Source: an uncultured Spirochaetaceae bacterium (GTDB lineage Bacteria > Spirochaetota > Spirochaetia > Treponematales > Treponemataceae). Taken from it: a DNA stretch of 64,000 nt. Below the pieces are notes generated by a model. It did no database searches. It was not told where the DNA came from and saw nothing but the letters and a program-made list of their open reading frames with translations. Positions 37,549 through 46,281 of this stretch are shown piece after piece; the first letter of the stretch is position 1; each line of letters opens with the position of its first letter. The position numbers and the translations under genes are program-made. The stretch covers positions 24,339 through 88,338 of the forward strand of contig CACZPR010000079.1 in NCBI GenBank assembly GCA_902783155.1. Reading direction: 5' to 3'.

Positions 37549-38110
37549 GCGTGTCAGAAAATATTCACTTGCGGCGGAAAAGCCCGAGCGGTTCCAACAT
37601 TCGCTGAGGGTCGCGGAGACCGCAAAAAGGATGTGCGAAATCTACGGACAGGACCCGGACAAAGGGTATTTTGCGGGAATGGCCCACGATATGTGCAAGG
37701 ACCTGGACGATGCTACGCTTGTTTCTCTGGCCGGACATGACGGCATGGAGATTACAGGCGTGGAAAAAAAGAAGCCGGCCCTTTTGCACGGTAGAGCCGC
37801 CGCTGTCAAGCTGCAAAGGGATTTCGGTGTGGACGACGTGGACATTATTCAGGCCGTCGCGATGCACACTCTTGGTGGTCCGGATATCTGCCCGCTGGCG
37901 AAGATTGTTTTTGCCGCCGACAAGATAGAACCTGGACGGCCCCAGTCCTCCGAGGAATATCTGGACAGGCTTTTTTCAATGAGTCTGGACGAGCTGGTTC
38001 TTTGCGTGGTTGAGGAGAACATGGACTACCTCAGAAAACGCGGAAAGGAGATTGCCCCGTCAAGTTTCAGGTTCAGGGAGAGCCTTGAAAAGTCTCTGGG
38101 CAGATGTTAA
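37520..38110 (+). CDS. yqeK: HD-domain phosphohydrolase YqeK
   Basis: HSLRVAETA...GMAHDMCKD...LHG...ADKIEPGR. Start is ATG 37520, overlapping the nadD end. Confidence 0.8.
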   Translation: METISKETFERVRKYSLAAEKPERFQHSLRVAETAKRMCEIYGQDPDKGYFAGMAHDMCKDLDDATLVSLAGHDGMEITGVEKKKPALLHGRAAAVKLQRDFGVDDVDIIQAVAMHTLGGPDICPLAKIVFAADKIEPGRPQSSEEYLDRLFSMSLDELVLCVVEENMDYLRKRGKEIAPSSFRFRESLEKSLGRC

Positions 38111-38164
38111 TTTAAAATAAATTTGGGGCCGCTGTTTGGGTCCCATGAAGAGCGGGTGGTTGAT

Positions 38165-39514
38165 ATGAATGCTTCGAGCAATAAAAAAGGTGTCGTCTTT
38201 CTTGCCCTGATTCTGGCTGTGATTGTGGCGGCGGTTGTCTTTATAGTTGTTTCCCTGAACTCCGATTCCTCTTCGGACAGTCTCAAGGAGAACGAAATCA
38301 TTGCGACGCTGTTCGTCCTGAACGACGGAAACAATAACGCGCTGGCGACCGATGTTCTTCTTTACTATCCGGTATCAAAGAAGGGTGCGCTGTTCAGCAT
38401 ACCGGGAAACACCGGCGACATCTACAGGAGCCTCACCCCGGGAAGCGACAAGGGACGTACCGACCGTATCGACGCTGTATACAGGGAGCAGGGAATAGAT
38501 GCGTACAACAATGAGATTGGAAAACTCCTGAAGCTGTCCATCCCGTTCAACATCGAGATAAGCCTGGACGATTTTGGACTTCTGACTGACCTTCTTGGTG
38601 GAATGAAGCTTTTCCTTGATTCCCCGGTTGACATAAAAAAGGACGGGACCGACGGTGAGTCTGGGGAAAATTCAACCGACGCTGATTCCGAAACCGATGC
38701 CGGCGGGGAGCCTGTGGTAAAATGGCTTCTTCCGTCCAGATGGCTTCTTCCGTCAGGATTTGTTACCCTCGATGGCGACAAGATCCAGACCTACATAGAG
38801 TACAGGCTTAGCGACGAGGACGACAGCGATGTTGAGAACCGAAGGCAGACCGCTATGGTTGCCATGCTTTCGGCCCTGCATGAAAAACGTTCCGTCATTC
38901 TGGAGAAAAAGAATTTTCCATTGTACTCCGGAAAGTTCAAGACCAACGTCACGGACCGTGTGCTGCACAAGCTGCTGGACTTCATCACGAACATAGACGC
39001 GGAGACCGACCGGCTTGCTCCACAGGGACTTCAGGGAAGTTTGCGTACACTTCCGTCCGGACAGACGCTCCTGTTCCCGCTTTTCGAGGGGCAGCTGATA
39101 AAGGACATTGTAAAGACCGCAAGCGACAACCTCATAAACGAGGGAAACACCACGTACAGATATGTGCTCCAGGTCCAGAACGGAACTGTCACAAAGGGAG
39201 CCGCAACGAACGCCACCTTCCTTCTCAAGGGACTTGGAAACTACGACGTGCTTCCTGCGGGCGACGCTGACAAAAGTGACTACGAGCATACAGTCATAAT
39301 AAACCACATGCAGTCTCCAACATCGGACGCGCTGAACATGCTTGCAAACTTCATAACCTGCAAGAACATAGAGCACAGGCCGTCAAAGGATGAGTCGGGG
39401 GCTGATTTCACTATAATCCTTGGCCGCGACTGGGATGGACGCTACGTAAGGGGCGGATATGTGAACCCGGAGACCCAGGGCCAGGGTGAAAATGCAGGTG
39501 AGTCCGCCGAGTAG
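38165..39514 (+). CDS. LytR/CpsA/Psr (LCP)-like membrane-anchored protein
   Basis: N-terminal TM helix, then LLYYPVSKKGALFSIPGNT...RIDAVY...DFGLLTDLLGGMKLF, which resembles the LCP core. It occupies the conserved position between yqeK and rsfS. Confidence 0.5.
   Translation: MNASSNKKGVVFLALILAVIVAAVVFIVVSLNSDSSSDSLKENEIIATLFVLNDGNNNALATDVLLYYPVSKKGALFSIPGNTGDIYRSLTPGSDKGRTDRIDAVYREQGIDAYNNEIGKLLKLSIPFNIEISLDDFGLLTDLLGGMKLFLDSPVDIKKDGTDGESGENSTDADSETDAGGEPVVKWLLPSRWLLPSGFVTLDGDKIQTYIEYRLSDEDDSDVENRRQTAMVAMLSALHEKRSVILEKKNFPLYSGKFKTNVTDRVLHKLLDFITNIDAETDRLAPQGLQGSLRTLPSGQTLLFPLFEGQLIKDIVKTASDNLINEGNTTYRYVLQVQNGTVTKGAATNATFLLKGLGNYDVLPAGDADKSDYEHTVIINHMQSPTSDALNMLANFITCKNIEHRPSKDESGADFTIILGRDWDGRYVRGGYVNPETQGQGENAGESAE
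38722..38757 (+). repeat. 18-nt in-frame tandem duplication
   Basis: ATGGCTTCTTCCGTCCAG / ATGGCTTCTTCCGTCAGG encodes WLLPSRWLLPSG. Confidence 0.8.
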
Positions 39515-39546
39515 ATTCGGTGGAGTAATACAGAGATTCAAGGAAA

Positions 39547-39927
39547 ATGAAAGAAATGGAAAACAACGAAAAGACAGATGAAATCAAGGCGATGGAGATT
39601 GCCAAACTGATGGAGGAAGGCAAGGGTGAGGATGTTGCCGTCCTTGATGTGTCCGGGCTGAACAGCTGGGCGGATTATTTTGTGATTGTCACCGTGACAA
39701 GCGGACCCCACTGGCAGGGTCTTTACAGAACCGTCAAGGAATACATAGCGAAAAATGGACTTGAAATCAGAAAGACCGTGCGCAAGGGACAGAACGGCGA
39801 TGACTGGAACCTGATTGACCTTGGCTCCATAGTTGTCCACCTTATGACAAGGGACGCGCGAGATTTTTATGAGCTTGAAAAACTTTGGCACGCGGGCAGG
39901 GTTCTGAAGGCTCCTTCCGCAGAATAG
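39547..39927 (+). CDS. rsfS: Ribosome silencing factor
   Basis: DVAVLDVSGLNSWADYFVIVT..S..H......V........G.....W.L.D.G...VH.M....R.FY.LE.LW pattern. Confidence 0.9.
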   Translation: MKEMENNEKTDEIKAMEIAKLMEEGKGEDVAVLDVSGLNSWADYFVIVTVTSGPHWQGLYRTVKEYIAKNGLEIRKTVRKGQNGDDWNLIDLGSIVVHLMTRDARDFYELEKLWHAGRVLKAPSAE

Positions 39928-40006
39928 ATGTCCACCGGGGGCTGGGAAAGTCCTTGAATGAACCATCCGGTCCCCAGTGTTTTGGATTTTATCTTGTGAC
40001 GCTCAA

Positions 40007-40303
40007 CTAGAAGTCGTCGTCATCAATGTTGTCGTATTCGTCGTCCGTGTCCGATGGGTCGCCGTAGATGTCATCCTCAAAGTTGCGCCGGCGGTTGTCG
40101 TATCCGTCCTCAATCTCCTGGTCATCGAAAGGCTCGTCGTAGTCGTCATCATCCTCCGGGAATTCATCCTCGAACTCGTCGTAGTCGTCTTCCTCAAAGT
40201 CGTCCTCTTCTGACTCGTCCATGTCATCCTGGTAGTCATCATAGTCATCGTCAATAGGAAAACCAGCCGCCTCTAGATCCAGAATATCATCGTCATCGAA
40301 CAT
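40007..40303 (-). CDS. 98-aa extremely acidic protein (over half Asp/Glu)
   Basis: AAGGAG lies 7 nt before the ATG at 40303. The sequence begins MFDDDDILDLEAAGFPIDDDYDDYQDDMDESEEDD... Other frames are open here only because of the low-complexity GA(C/T)/GAA codon runs. Confidence 0.6.
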   Translation of the reverse strand: MFDDDDILDLEAAGFPIDDDYDDYQDDMDESEEDDFEEDDYDEFEDEFPEDDDDYDEPFDDQEIEDGYDNRRRNFEDDIYGDPSDTDDEYDNIDDDDF

Positions 40304-40460
40304 CGAAAGCTCCTTTTAAATTTTAGCACGGAAAAGTCCCCGGCCACAAACTGCCACTAGAGATTAAATGTAAGATTGGATTTTGTCAAGGCAATCTATA
40401 AAAACTCATTTTCAACGCATTTTCAATGATTTTTGGAGGCACCCTCGATATAATTTTTGT

Positions 40461-40489
40461 TTGACAAATGGTGTGCAGACAAATATAAT
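40461..40489 (+). promoter_or_regulatory. Consensus sigma70 promoter
   Basis: TTGACA-17 nt-TATAAT exactly. Confidence 0.55.
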
Positions 40490-40578
40490 GGTTTAATATA
40501 TGTGAGCTGTGGACATTTTTTGAGGGGCGGTCTGGAGGTGTTGATTTTGCCGCGTTCCGTAGGTCCGTGAATTGACGC

Positions 40579-40606
40579 TAAAGATTTTGCGAATTTTTGC
40601 CGATAA
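40579..40606 (+). promoter_or_regulatory. Sigma28 (FliA)-type promoter
   Basis: TAAA-16 nt-GCCGATAA, about 50 nt upstream of the first FlaA-like gene. Confidence 0.5.
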
Positions 40607-40657
40607 AAAGTCAAACGGTTCCATGTAAAAGGAAATTTACAATTCAAGGAGAATTGA

Positions 40658-41365
40658 ATGAAAAAAGGCGTAGTCATTTTAGGAAGCCTTGTTCTTGCGC
40701 TCGCATTCTGCATCCCAGCAGTAGCACAGCCAAGTGCGAAGGCCGTAGAGACAATCGTTATCGATAACTTCGATACACCGGATGAGATGGATTGGACTTG
40801 GGGTGTTCGTGCCAGCCGCTTTGTTGCTGAGGGCTATCCCATCGTAAAGTCTTTTGAGGGAATTCCAAATTCTCTTCGTCCATATCACAAGGATTCAGAC
40901 CCGACAGCTCAGGTCTTGGGTTCAAAGGTTGCATTCGACCGCAAGGGAGACAACTGGTTCGAAGTTTATCCACAGGATTCGGAAGGAAAGGAATATGAGA
41001 TTCCATTCGTAGGCACTGTTACCCAGGTTGATTTCTGGGTTTGGGGAGCCAACTACAACTACAGACTGGAAGTCCTTATTCGCGATGCAGATGGACGTGT
41101 CCATGTTCTTCCTGCGGGAAGCCTGATGTTCCAGGGATGGAGAAACATTGTAATCAATGTTCCAACATACATCCGCCAGCACTCACGTCTCCGCTCGGGT
41201 CGTCCAAACCTGACGTTCGTTGGATTCAGAGTCCGCACGGACACAAGCGAGGCTGTCGATGATTATGTAATCTATTTCGACCAGTTGAAGTATACAACCA
41301 ACACCCTGTCCAACGTCTATGACGGCTATGACCTGAAGGACGCGGATTTCGGTGACAAAGAATAA
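40658..41365 (+). CDS. FlaA-family flagellar filament outer-layer (sheath) protein, short form
   Basis: Signal peptide. VDFWVWGANYNYRLEVLIRDADGRVHVLPAGSLMFQGWRNIV parallels the Borrelia FlaA block VSVYGRNYLNTLEILLEDQNGRVQSYIIGNLNFIGW. Confidence 0.65.
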   Translation: MKKGVVILGSLVLALAFCIPAVAQPSAKAVETIVIDNFDTPDEMDWTWGVRASRFVAEGYPIVKSFEGIPNSLRPYHKDSDPTAQVLGSKVAFDRKGDNWFEVYPQDSEGKEYEIPFVGTVTQVDFWVWGANYNYRLEVLIRDADGRVHVLPAGSLMFQGWRNIVINVPTYIRQHSRLRSGRPNLTFVGFRVRTDTSEAVDDYVIYFDQLKYTTNTLSNVYDGYDLKDADFGDKE

Positions 41366-41386
41366 TAAGAAGAGAGGCGGTACAAA

Positions 41387-42103
41387 ATGAAAAAATTAAG
41401 CGTAGCTATTATGGCACTCGCAGTTGTTGCTGCCGGTGCGTTTGCACAGAGCCTTTCAGATCCTGATGCTTCAAACATCGGAAACGACAGCGCTCGCCAG
41501 GCCCTCCGTGAAGTCAGCGTTGACCGCTTTGAGCGCGAGGGTTCATGGACGGTACATATTTCCCCGGACTACGGTGTTATGTCTGGCCGTCTTTTTGATG
41601 GTGGTCCTGCTGCAAAGGAGCCTCTTGAGGATGCCGGCAACCAGGAAATGGAGGATACCAAGGTATTTGGTGCCAAGGTTGAATTCTTCCGCCGTGGAGT
41701 GAACTCTTTCTTCATCAAGGCTGCACGCCCAATCGCAATTGAGGGAATCACAAAGACTGTATCAGTGTGGGTCTGCGGACGCAACATGCCTCACGACCTG
41801 TGGCTTTTGGTGCAGGACTACAATGGAAACAACTTTGAAATCTGGATGGGCAACCTTGAGTTCTCCGGATGGAAGAAGATTACAACAGCCATCCCTCCGT
41901 CACCAGATGGAGAGCATGGAATCATCCAGTCAAGCGTCTACTATGGAAACAAGCCAGGACTCCGTATTGTTGGATTCCGCGTGGATTGCAGCCCAATGGA
42001 CGCACAGGGTTCATACTACATCTACATGGACGACCTCCGCGCCGTTACAGACCTGTACGATGTTGAGAACCGCGATCCAGACGACATGGACGATGCCTGG
42101 TGA
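41387..42103 (+). CDS. FlaA-family sheath protein paralog, short form
   Basis: Signal peptide. VSVWVCGRNMPHDLWLLVQDYNGNNFEIWMGNLEFSGWKKI shows the same block. Confidence 0.65.
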   Translation: MKKLSVAIMALAVVAAGAFAQSLSDPDASNIGNDSARQALREVSVDRFEREGSWTVHISPDYGVMSGRLFDGGPAAKEPLEDAGNQEMEDTKVFGAKVEFFRRGVNSFFIKAARPIAIEGITKTVSVWVCGRNMPHDLWLLVQDYNGNNFEIWMGNLEFSGWKKITTAIPPSPDGEHGIIQSSVYYGNKPGLRIVGFRVDCSPMDAQGSYYIYMDDLRAVTDLYDVENRDPDDMDDAW

Positions 42104-42220
42104 TAAATGATTGAGGCCGTTTGGTCTAATCACATCGGTTTTATGGGCTGCCTTGAAAAAGGTGGCCCAAATTTTTTGCCAAAAATTTTGAAAAAAAATT
42201 AAAAAATTTGCTGGTTCCTA

Positions 42221-42249
42221 TTGACACTAATCCAGAAAAATTATACTAT
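42221..42249 (+). promoter_or_regulatory. Sigma70-like promoter for the tRNA pair
   Basis: TTGACA (42221-42226), 17 nt, TACTAT. Alternatively 15 nt to TATACT. Confidence 0.5.
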
Positions 42250-42264
42250 TAACCTACATTGCAT

Positions 42265-42335
42265 TCCCCGATTGTGTAATGGTAGCACTTCAGATTCTGG
42301 TTCTGACTGTGGGGGTTCGAATCCTCCTTGGGGAA
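42265..42335 (+). tRNA. tRNA-Gln (anticodon CTG)
   Basis: Hand-folded cloverleaf: acceptor TCCCCGA/TTGGGGA, D stem GTGT/GCAC, anticodon stem TCAGA/TCTGA with loop TTCTGGT, T arm GGGGG-TTCGAAT-CCTCC. No CCA is encoded. Confidence 0.85.
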
Positions 42336-42340
42336 TAGAT

Positions 42341-42412
42341 GGTCCCTTCGTCTATCGGCTAGGACGAAAGATTCTCAATCTTTAAAGATGGGTTCAACTC
42401 CCGTAGGGACCG
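42341..42412 (+). tRNA. tRNA-Glu (anticodon CTC)
   Basis: Acceptor GGTCCCT/AGGGACC, D stem GTCT/GGAC, anticodon stem AAAGA/TCTTT with loop TTCTCAA, T arm ATGGG-TTCAACT-CCCGT. Confidence 0.85.
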
Positions 42413-42420
42413 TGGATATT

Positions 42421-42447
42421 CCACTTCCATTTGGAGGTGGTTTTTTT
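42421..42447 (+). terminator. Rho-independent terminator after the tRNAs
   Basis: CCACTTCC-ATTT-GGAGGTGG followed by TTTTTTT. Confidence 0.65.
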
Positions 42448-42519
42448 ATGCCCGCCCGGCAAAACAGTATGCCCTGGATTCTTGTTTTATTCGTACGGAG
42501 GGTGTGGTATTTCAGTGCC

Positions 42520-42948
42520 TCACTCGCCGTTCCTCGGTATGTACCATTCTTGCTTGCGTTCCGTCTCCAGAAAGCAGTCCCCGTCGCTGATTTTCATGTA
42601 AAGAAAGTTTGTCGAGCCATTTTCCTGCCAGACAAGCCTTTTCCCGTCGATTGAGAATCTGTTTGTGAAGCCGCCGCTTCTGTCCATGTTGATGTCGTCC
42701 CCGTCAACCATGGTGAGAACATTTCCGTCGATTTTGAATCTCCCGTGCCCTATGTAGCTGCTGAACATCCCCTCGTAGTACCAGAACTCTCCGTCCATAA
42801 AGGAGATTGTGAAGTTTCCTCCGAATCCTTCCTTCTCGTAGACAAAAGTTTTTCCCTCGACGGCATTTTCGTTTGGCTCCGCGCCACGTGTGTTTCTGCA
42901 TCCGGCCAACGTAAGAGCTGCAATCAGGATGGCAATATCTTTTTTCAT
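42520..42948 (-). CDS. Hypothetical lipoprotein
   Basis: MKKDIAILIAALTLAGCRN (lipobox), taken from ATG 42948. Confidence 0.6.
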   Translation of the reverse strand: MKKDIAILIAALTLAGCRNTRGAEPNENAVEGKTFVYEKEGFGGNFTISFMDGEFWYYEGMFSSYIGHGRFKIDGNVLTMVDGDDINMDRSGGFTNRFSIDGKRLVWQENGSTNFLYMKISDGDCFLETERKQEWYIPRNGE

Positions 42949-43084
42949 TCCGGCCTCCATATTGCTTAAATTTTCTATCCGGCACGGTGGTTACAGGTTT
43001 TTTGTGCTTCAAATCAAATAAAAAAGCCACAGGAACATTTGCTCCCATGGCCTGTATTTTAGCTATTGGTTGGGGTCCGGTGGA

Positions 43085-45316
43085 TTAAAACTCCTCGTCC
43101 CTTGACCTTCTGTAGATGGATGCCCTTGAATTGCGCTGGGTGGGGGTGTGGAAGTTCGGTCTGGAGCTTCTTCCCCTGTCCCTTCCGTGTCCACCAAAAC
43201 GGTCTCCACCAAAGTCATGGTCACGTCCGAAACCTCTGTCCCTGTCGCCAAAGTCGCGGTCCCTTCCAAATCCACGGTCGCGTCCGAAACCTCTGTCACG
43301 TCCACCGCGGCGGCCTCCACGTCCTCTGCCACGTCCACCTTCAGATTCCGATGGACCCCTGGTGTCAACGTGCATGTGCGGGATTGTCTCGTCCTGCTTT
43401 GACATTTCAAGCGCCCTCTCGGCTGCATCCTTTGGCAGGCTCAGCAGACAGAATTTGTCGGCCATGTCGATTGCGTCAACATCCTTTCCGCGAATATGGA
43501 GAAGGTCGGAGAAGTATTCGGCGATTGCCCTTGGACTGTAGCCATCGAACCAACCCATCTGGACATAGAGGCGGGTCTGGTTTTCTCCCATTCCCCTTGG
43601 GGAATCGTCCCTGTCCCTTGAACGTCCATCCCTGTCGCGCTCGCGCTTTCCACCGACGGAATTGATTTTTCCATAGCGGTTGCGTGCAAGCTCCTTTCCG
43701 TAGGTCATGGCCAGAAGGGAAGCGACAACCTCCCTTGGCTCCTGTCCCTCGCAAAGCTCATCGGCAAGAGTGTCGAACATCGGGTCCCCTTTGCGGAGAT
43801 GTGGAACCGGCTTCTGGATTTCGTCTGATGCTTCGTCCATGTTCTCTGAATCAAGCTGCGGCTCCACATTTTCGTCGCCGCTTTCATTTTCCACGGCATT
43901 GTTGAGGCCCAGCTTTTCTTTAATCTGGTCAAAAAGTCTGGTCTTCTTTGCCTCTATAACCTCGTCGATTGAAGGAATGTCTCCCTCGACCATTTCGCCC
44001 TTTGCCGAACGCTTGACCGCGCTCTTCAGGAATCCGAGCTTTCTGCGTGTCTCCTCCGGGCGCACAAGAGTTACCGCCATACCGGCAGCACCTGCGCGAC
44101 CTGTACGACCGATGCGGTGGACATAGGTTGGACCATCGAACGGAAGCTCGTAGTTCACTACATGTGTGAGTCCCTCGATGTCAATTCCACGTGCGGCAAC
44201 ATCCGTAGCAACAAGGACCCTTGTCTTCTTTGAGCGGAAGCGGGCCAGAATCTTTTCGCGCTGGCTCTGTGGAATGTCTCCATGGAGTGCGGCAACCTGG
44301 TATCCCTTTTCATCAAGGGCCTTGCAGATATAGTCTGCGTCTGATTTTTTCTGGACGAACACAAGTCCAAAGAAATCCGGTGAGATGTCAATAAGGCGGA
44401 CAAGGGCCTCAAGTTTTTCACCCTCGCGGACTACCCAGTATTTCTGGTCAATCAGAAGTGGCTCCTCCTCGTGACCTTCCTCCTCGACAATCTCATAGTC
44501 GCCCATGAACTGAGAGGCTATGCGGAGAATTGGAGCAGGAACTGTCGCGCTGAACAAAAGCACACGGCATTCCGGGTTTGCGCATGAGAAGATTTCCTCA
44601 ATGTCGTCAACGAAACCCATGTCCAGCATCTCGTCACCCTCGTCAAGGATGAAGTATTCAATCTTGCTGATGTCTAGGGCGCCCCTGTCTATGAGGTCCT
44701 GCACACGTCCCGGGGTTCCAACGACAATCTCAACTCCACGGCGGAGCGAGCGAATCTGGTCGTTGTAGGATGCTCCACCGTAAACGACGCATGTTCTTGG
44801 GAATTTTCCTGTGGAGAATGAGGACATCTCCGTCTGTGTCTGCATTGCAAGTTCGCGTGTAGGCTCAAGTATGATTGCGCGTACATGTCCCTTGTCCTCG
44901 TTGAGTCTCTGCACAAGTGGAAGGCCAAATGCGGCGGTCTTTCCTGTACCGGTTCTTGCGCGGGCTATTACGTTTGCCTCGCCGTTCAAAAGTCTTGGAA
45001 TCGCCAGGACCTGGATTGGGGAAGGATGTACGAATCCCTTTTTTTCAATTGCGGCCAGGACTGCATCATCAAGACCAAGGTCCGCGAATGAGATTTCGTC
45101 TGAATCAGTCTCTGCTTCGGCTTCTTCCTCGTCCGTCTCCGCTTCATCGGAAACTGGAGCCTCTTCCTTTGGCTCTTCTGTTTTTGTTTCGCCTTCAAGA
45201 ACTTCTGAATCTACAACTGCCTGGCCCTCGTTTTCAGTCAAACCGGCATCCACACCTGCGAGGACAGAGTTATCCTGTGCCTCTTCGTTCTGAGAAATTG
45301 TTTCTTCCATTTTCAT
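43085..45316 (-). CDS. DEAD-box RNA helicase (DeaD/CsdA-like) with DbpA-type RNA-binding domain and RG/RD-rich tail
   Basis: Q-motif, ARTGTGKTAAF, PTRELA, motif II written DEGD (ILDEGDEML), SAT, HGD..Q..R, HRIGRTGRAG. The C-terminus reads GRGRGRGGRRGGRDRGFGRDRGFGRDRDFGDRDRGFGRDHDFGGDRFGGHGRDRGR. Start is ATG 45316. Confidence 0.9.
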   Translation of the reverse strand: MKMEETISQNEEAQDNSVLAGVDAGLTENEGQAVVDSEVLEGETKTEEPKEEAPVSDEAETDEEEAEAETDSDEISFADLGLDDAVLAAIEKKGFVHPSPIQVLAIPRLLNGEANVIARARTGTGKTAAFGLPLVQRLNEDKGHVRAIILEPTRELAMQTQTEMSSFSTGKFPRTCVVYGGASYNDQIRSLRRGVEIVVGTPGRVQDLIDRGALDISKIEYFILDEGDEMLDMGFVDDIEEIFSCANPECRVLLFSATVPAPILRIASQFMGDYEIVEEEGHEEEPLLIDQKYWVVREGEKLEALVRLIDISPDFFGLVFVQKKSDADYICKALDEKGYQVAALHGDIPQSQREKILARFRSKKTRVLVATDVAARGIDIEGLTHVVNYELPFDGPTYVHRIGRTGRAGAAGMAVTLVRPEETRRKLGFLKSAVKRSAKGEMVEGDIPSIDEVIEAKKTRLFDQIKEKLGLNNAVENESGDENVEPQLDSENMDEASDEIQKPVPHLRKGDPMFDTLADELCEGQEPREVVASLLAMTYGKELARNRYGKINSVGGKRERDRDGRSRDRDDSPRGMGENQTRLYVQMGWFDGYSPRAIAEYFSDLLHIRGKDVDAIDMADKFCLLSLPKDAAERALEMSKQDETIPHMHVDTRGPSESEGGRGRGRGGRRGGRDRGFGRDRGFGRDRDFGDRDRGFGRDHDFGGDRFGGHGRDRGRSSRPNFHTPTQRNSRASIYRRSRDEEF

Positions 45317-45636
45317 CCCTTGCGCACTCTCTGCGCCACATGTAGCAGCTCTACCCGCGCAAGGGAATCTTTGTAATCCCCGGTCCCCCAGATGGAGACA
45401 TCCCGTATTAGTCCCCAAAATCAACAGGTGCTAGAATCTCCCGAAAGCCCTTTTCAGTGATTTTTCAAAGGTTGCCATGTTTTACCAGATTATTCCACAG
45501 GCGGGCGCAAACTGTCATGCTTACTAGTTAAAAGTTGAGGTAGTTTAATTGTTTTAAAGCGTTTAGGCAATAGGTTTGCGCAAAAAATCCTGCATTTGTA
45601 CGAAAATAATTGAAAATGTTTGAAATCTGGCACATT

Positions 45637-46221
45637 CTATTTTGTGAGCAGGCTTCCGTCTATGCTTATCTGCTTTGGACCGATGTACTCAATCAGATAG
45701 GAGTCCCCGGTTGCATACATTCCGCTTGTGAAGTAGATTCTGTCCTCCGCCGCAATCGAGTACGAAAATTTTTCGCTCTTGATTCCATCCCCCGTGTCTA
45801 TTCCGACCTCCAGGGTGGATGTTTTTTTTGTGAAGCTGAAGATTATGTTGTTTTCGCCAAGCTTTCCGCTGTATTTTCCGTTCAGCTCTCCAATCTCCGT
45901 GACCTTTTTTCCCTTGAACGGAATGTACGCGCCCCGGAAATCTATGTCGAATCCCGAATCCGTGAGGCTGATTCTGTAATCCTCGGGCACTTCGTTGGTC
46001 CCAATCGTTGTCAGGGTTCCGCACTTCATAAGCTCAAAGTCTCCCTCGGTGGAATTTGAGTCCCCCTTTGCTACGTAGGTTCCGTTTTTTGTGTTGAACC
46101 TGATTGTGGAGCCGTCGTCGAATTTCCATTTCCCGTCAATGCTGTTCTTTTTCCCGCACGATGAGAGTACCGTCATTGCCACCAGGACAGCGGCGATAAA
46201 AATAATCTTTTTCTTTTCCAT
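45637..46221 (-). CDS. Hypothetical lipoprotein
   Basis: AGGAGA lies before ATG 46221. MEKKKIIFIAAVLVAMTVLSSCGKK. Confidence 0.6.
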   Translation of the reverse strand: MEKKKIIFIAAVLVAMTVLSSCGKKNSIDGKWKFDDGSTIRFNTKNGTYVAKGDSNSTEGDFELMKCGTLTTIGTNEVPEDYRISLTDSGFDIDFRGAYIPFKGKKVTEIGELNGKYSGKLGENNIIFSFTKKTSTLEVGIDTGDGIKSEKFSYSIAAEDRIYFTSGMYATGDSYLIEYIGPKQISIDGSLLTK

Positions 46222-46281
46222 ATATATGTCTCCTGTTTCCGTAAATTTTCGTTGCAAAATCAGTCTTTTCAGCCACATTTT

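Noticed and set aside
39977-40257. Three additional ORFs in other frames and strands across the acidic-protein gene (39977-40213+, 40003-40254-, 40054-40257+)
   Set aside because: They are open only because GAC/GAT/GAA/GAG runs lack stops in several frames. Only the 40303 to 40007 frame has an AAGGAG-ATG start. The others encode Val-, Thr- or Arg-runs.
45317-45636. Long (~230-300 nt) upstream region of the DEAD-box helicase as a cold-shock-type regulatory 5' UTR
   Set aside because: It is plausible by analogy with deaD/csdA. I could identify only a weak TTGCCT-17-TAAACT promoter and no cold-box-like or clearly structured element, so the evidence is insufficient for a call.
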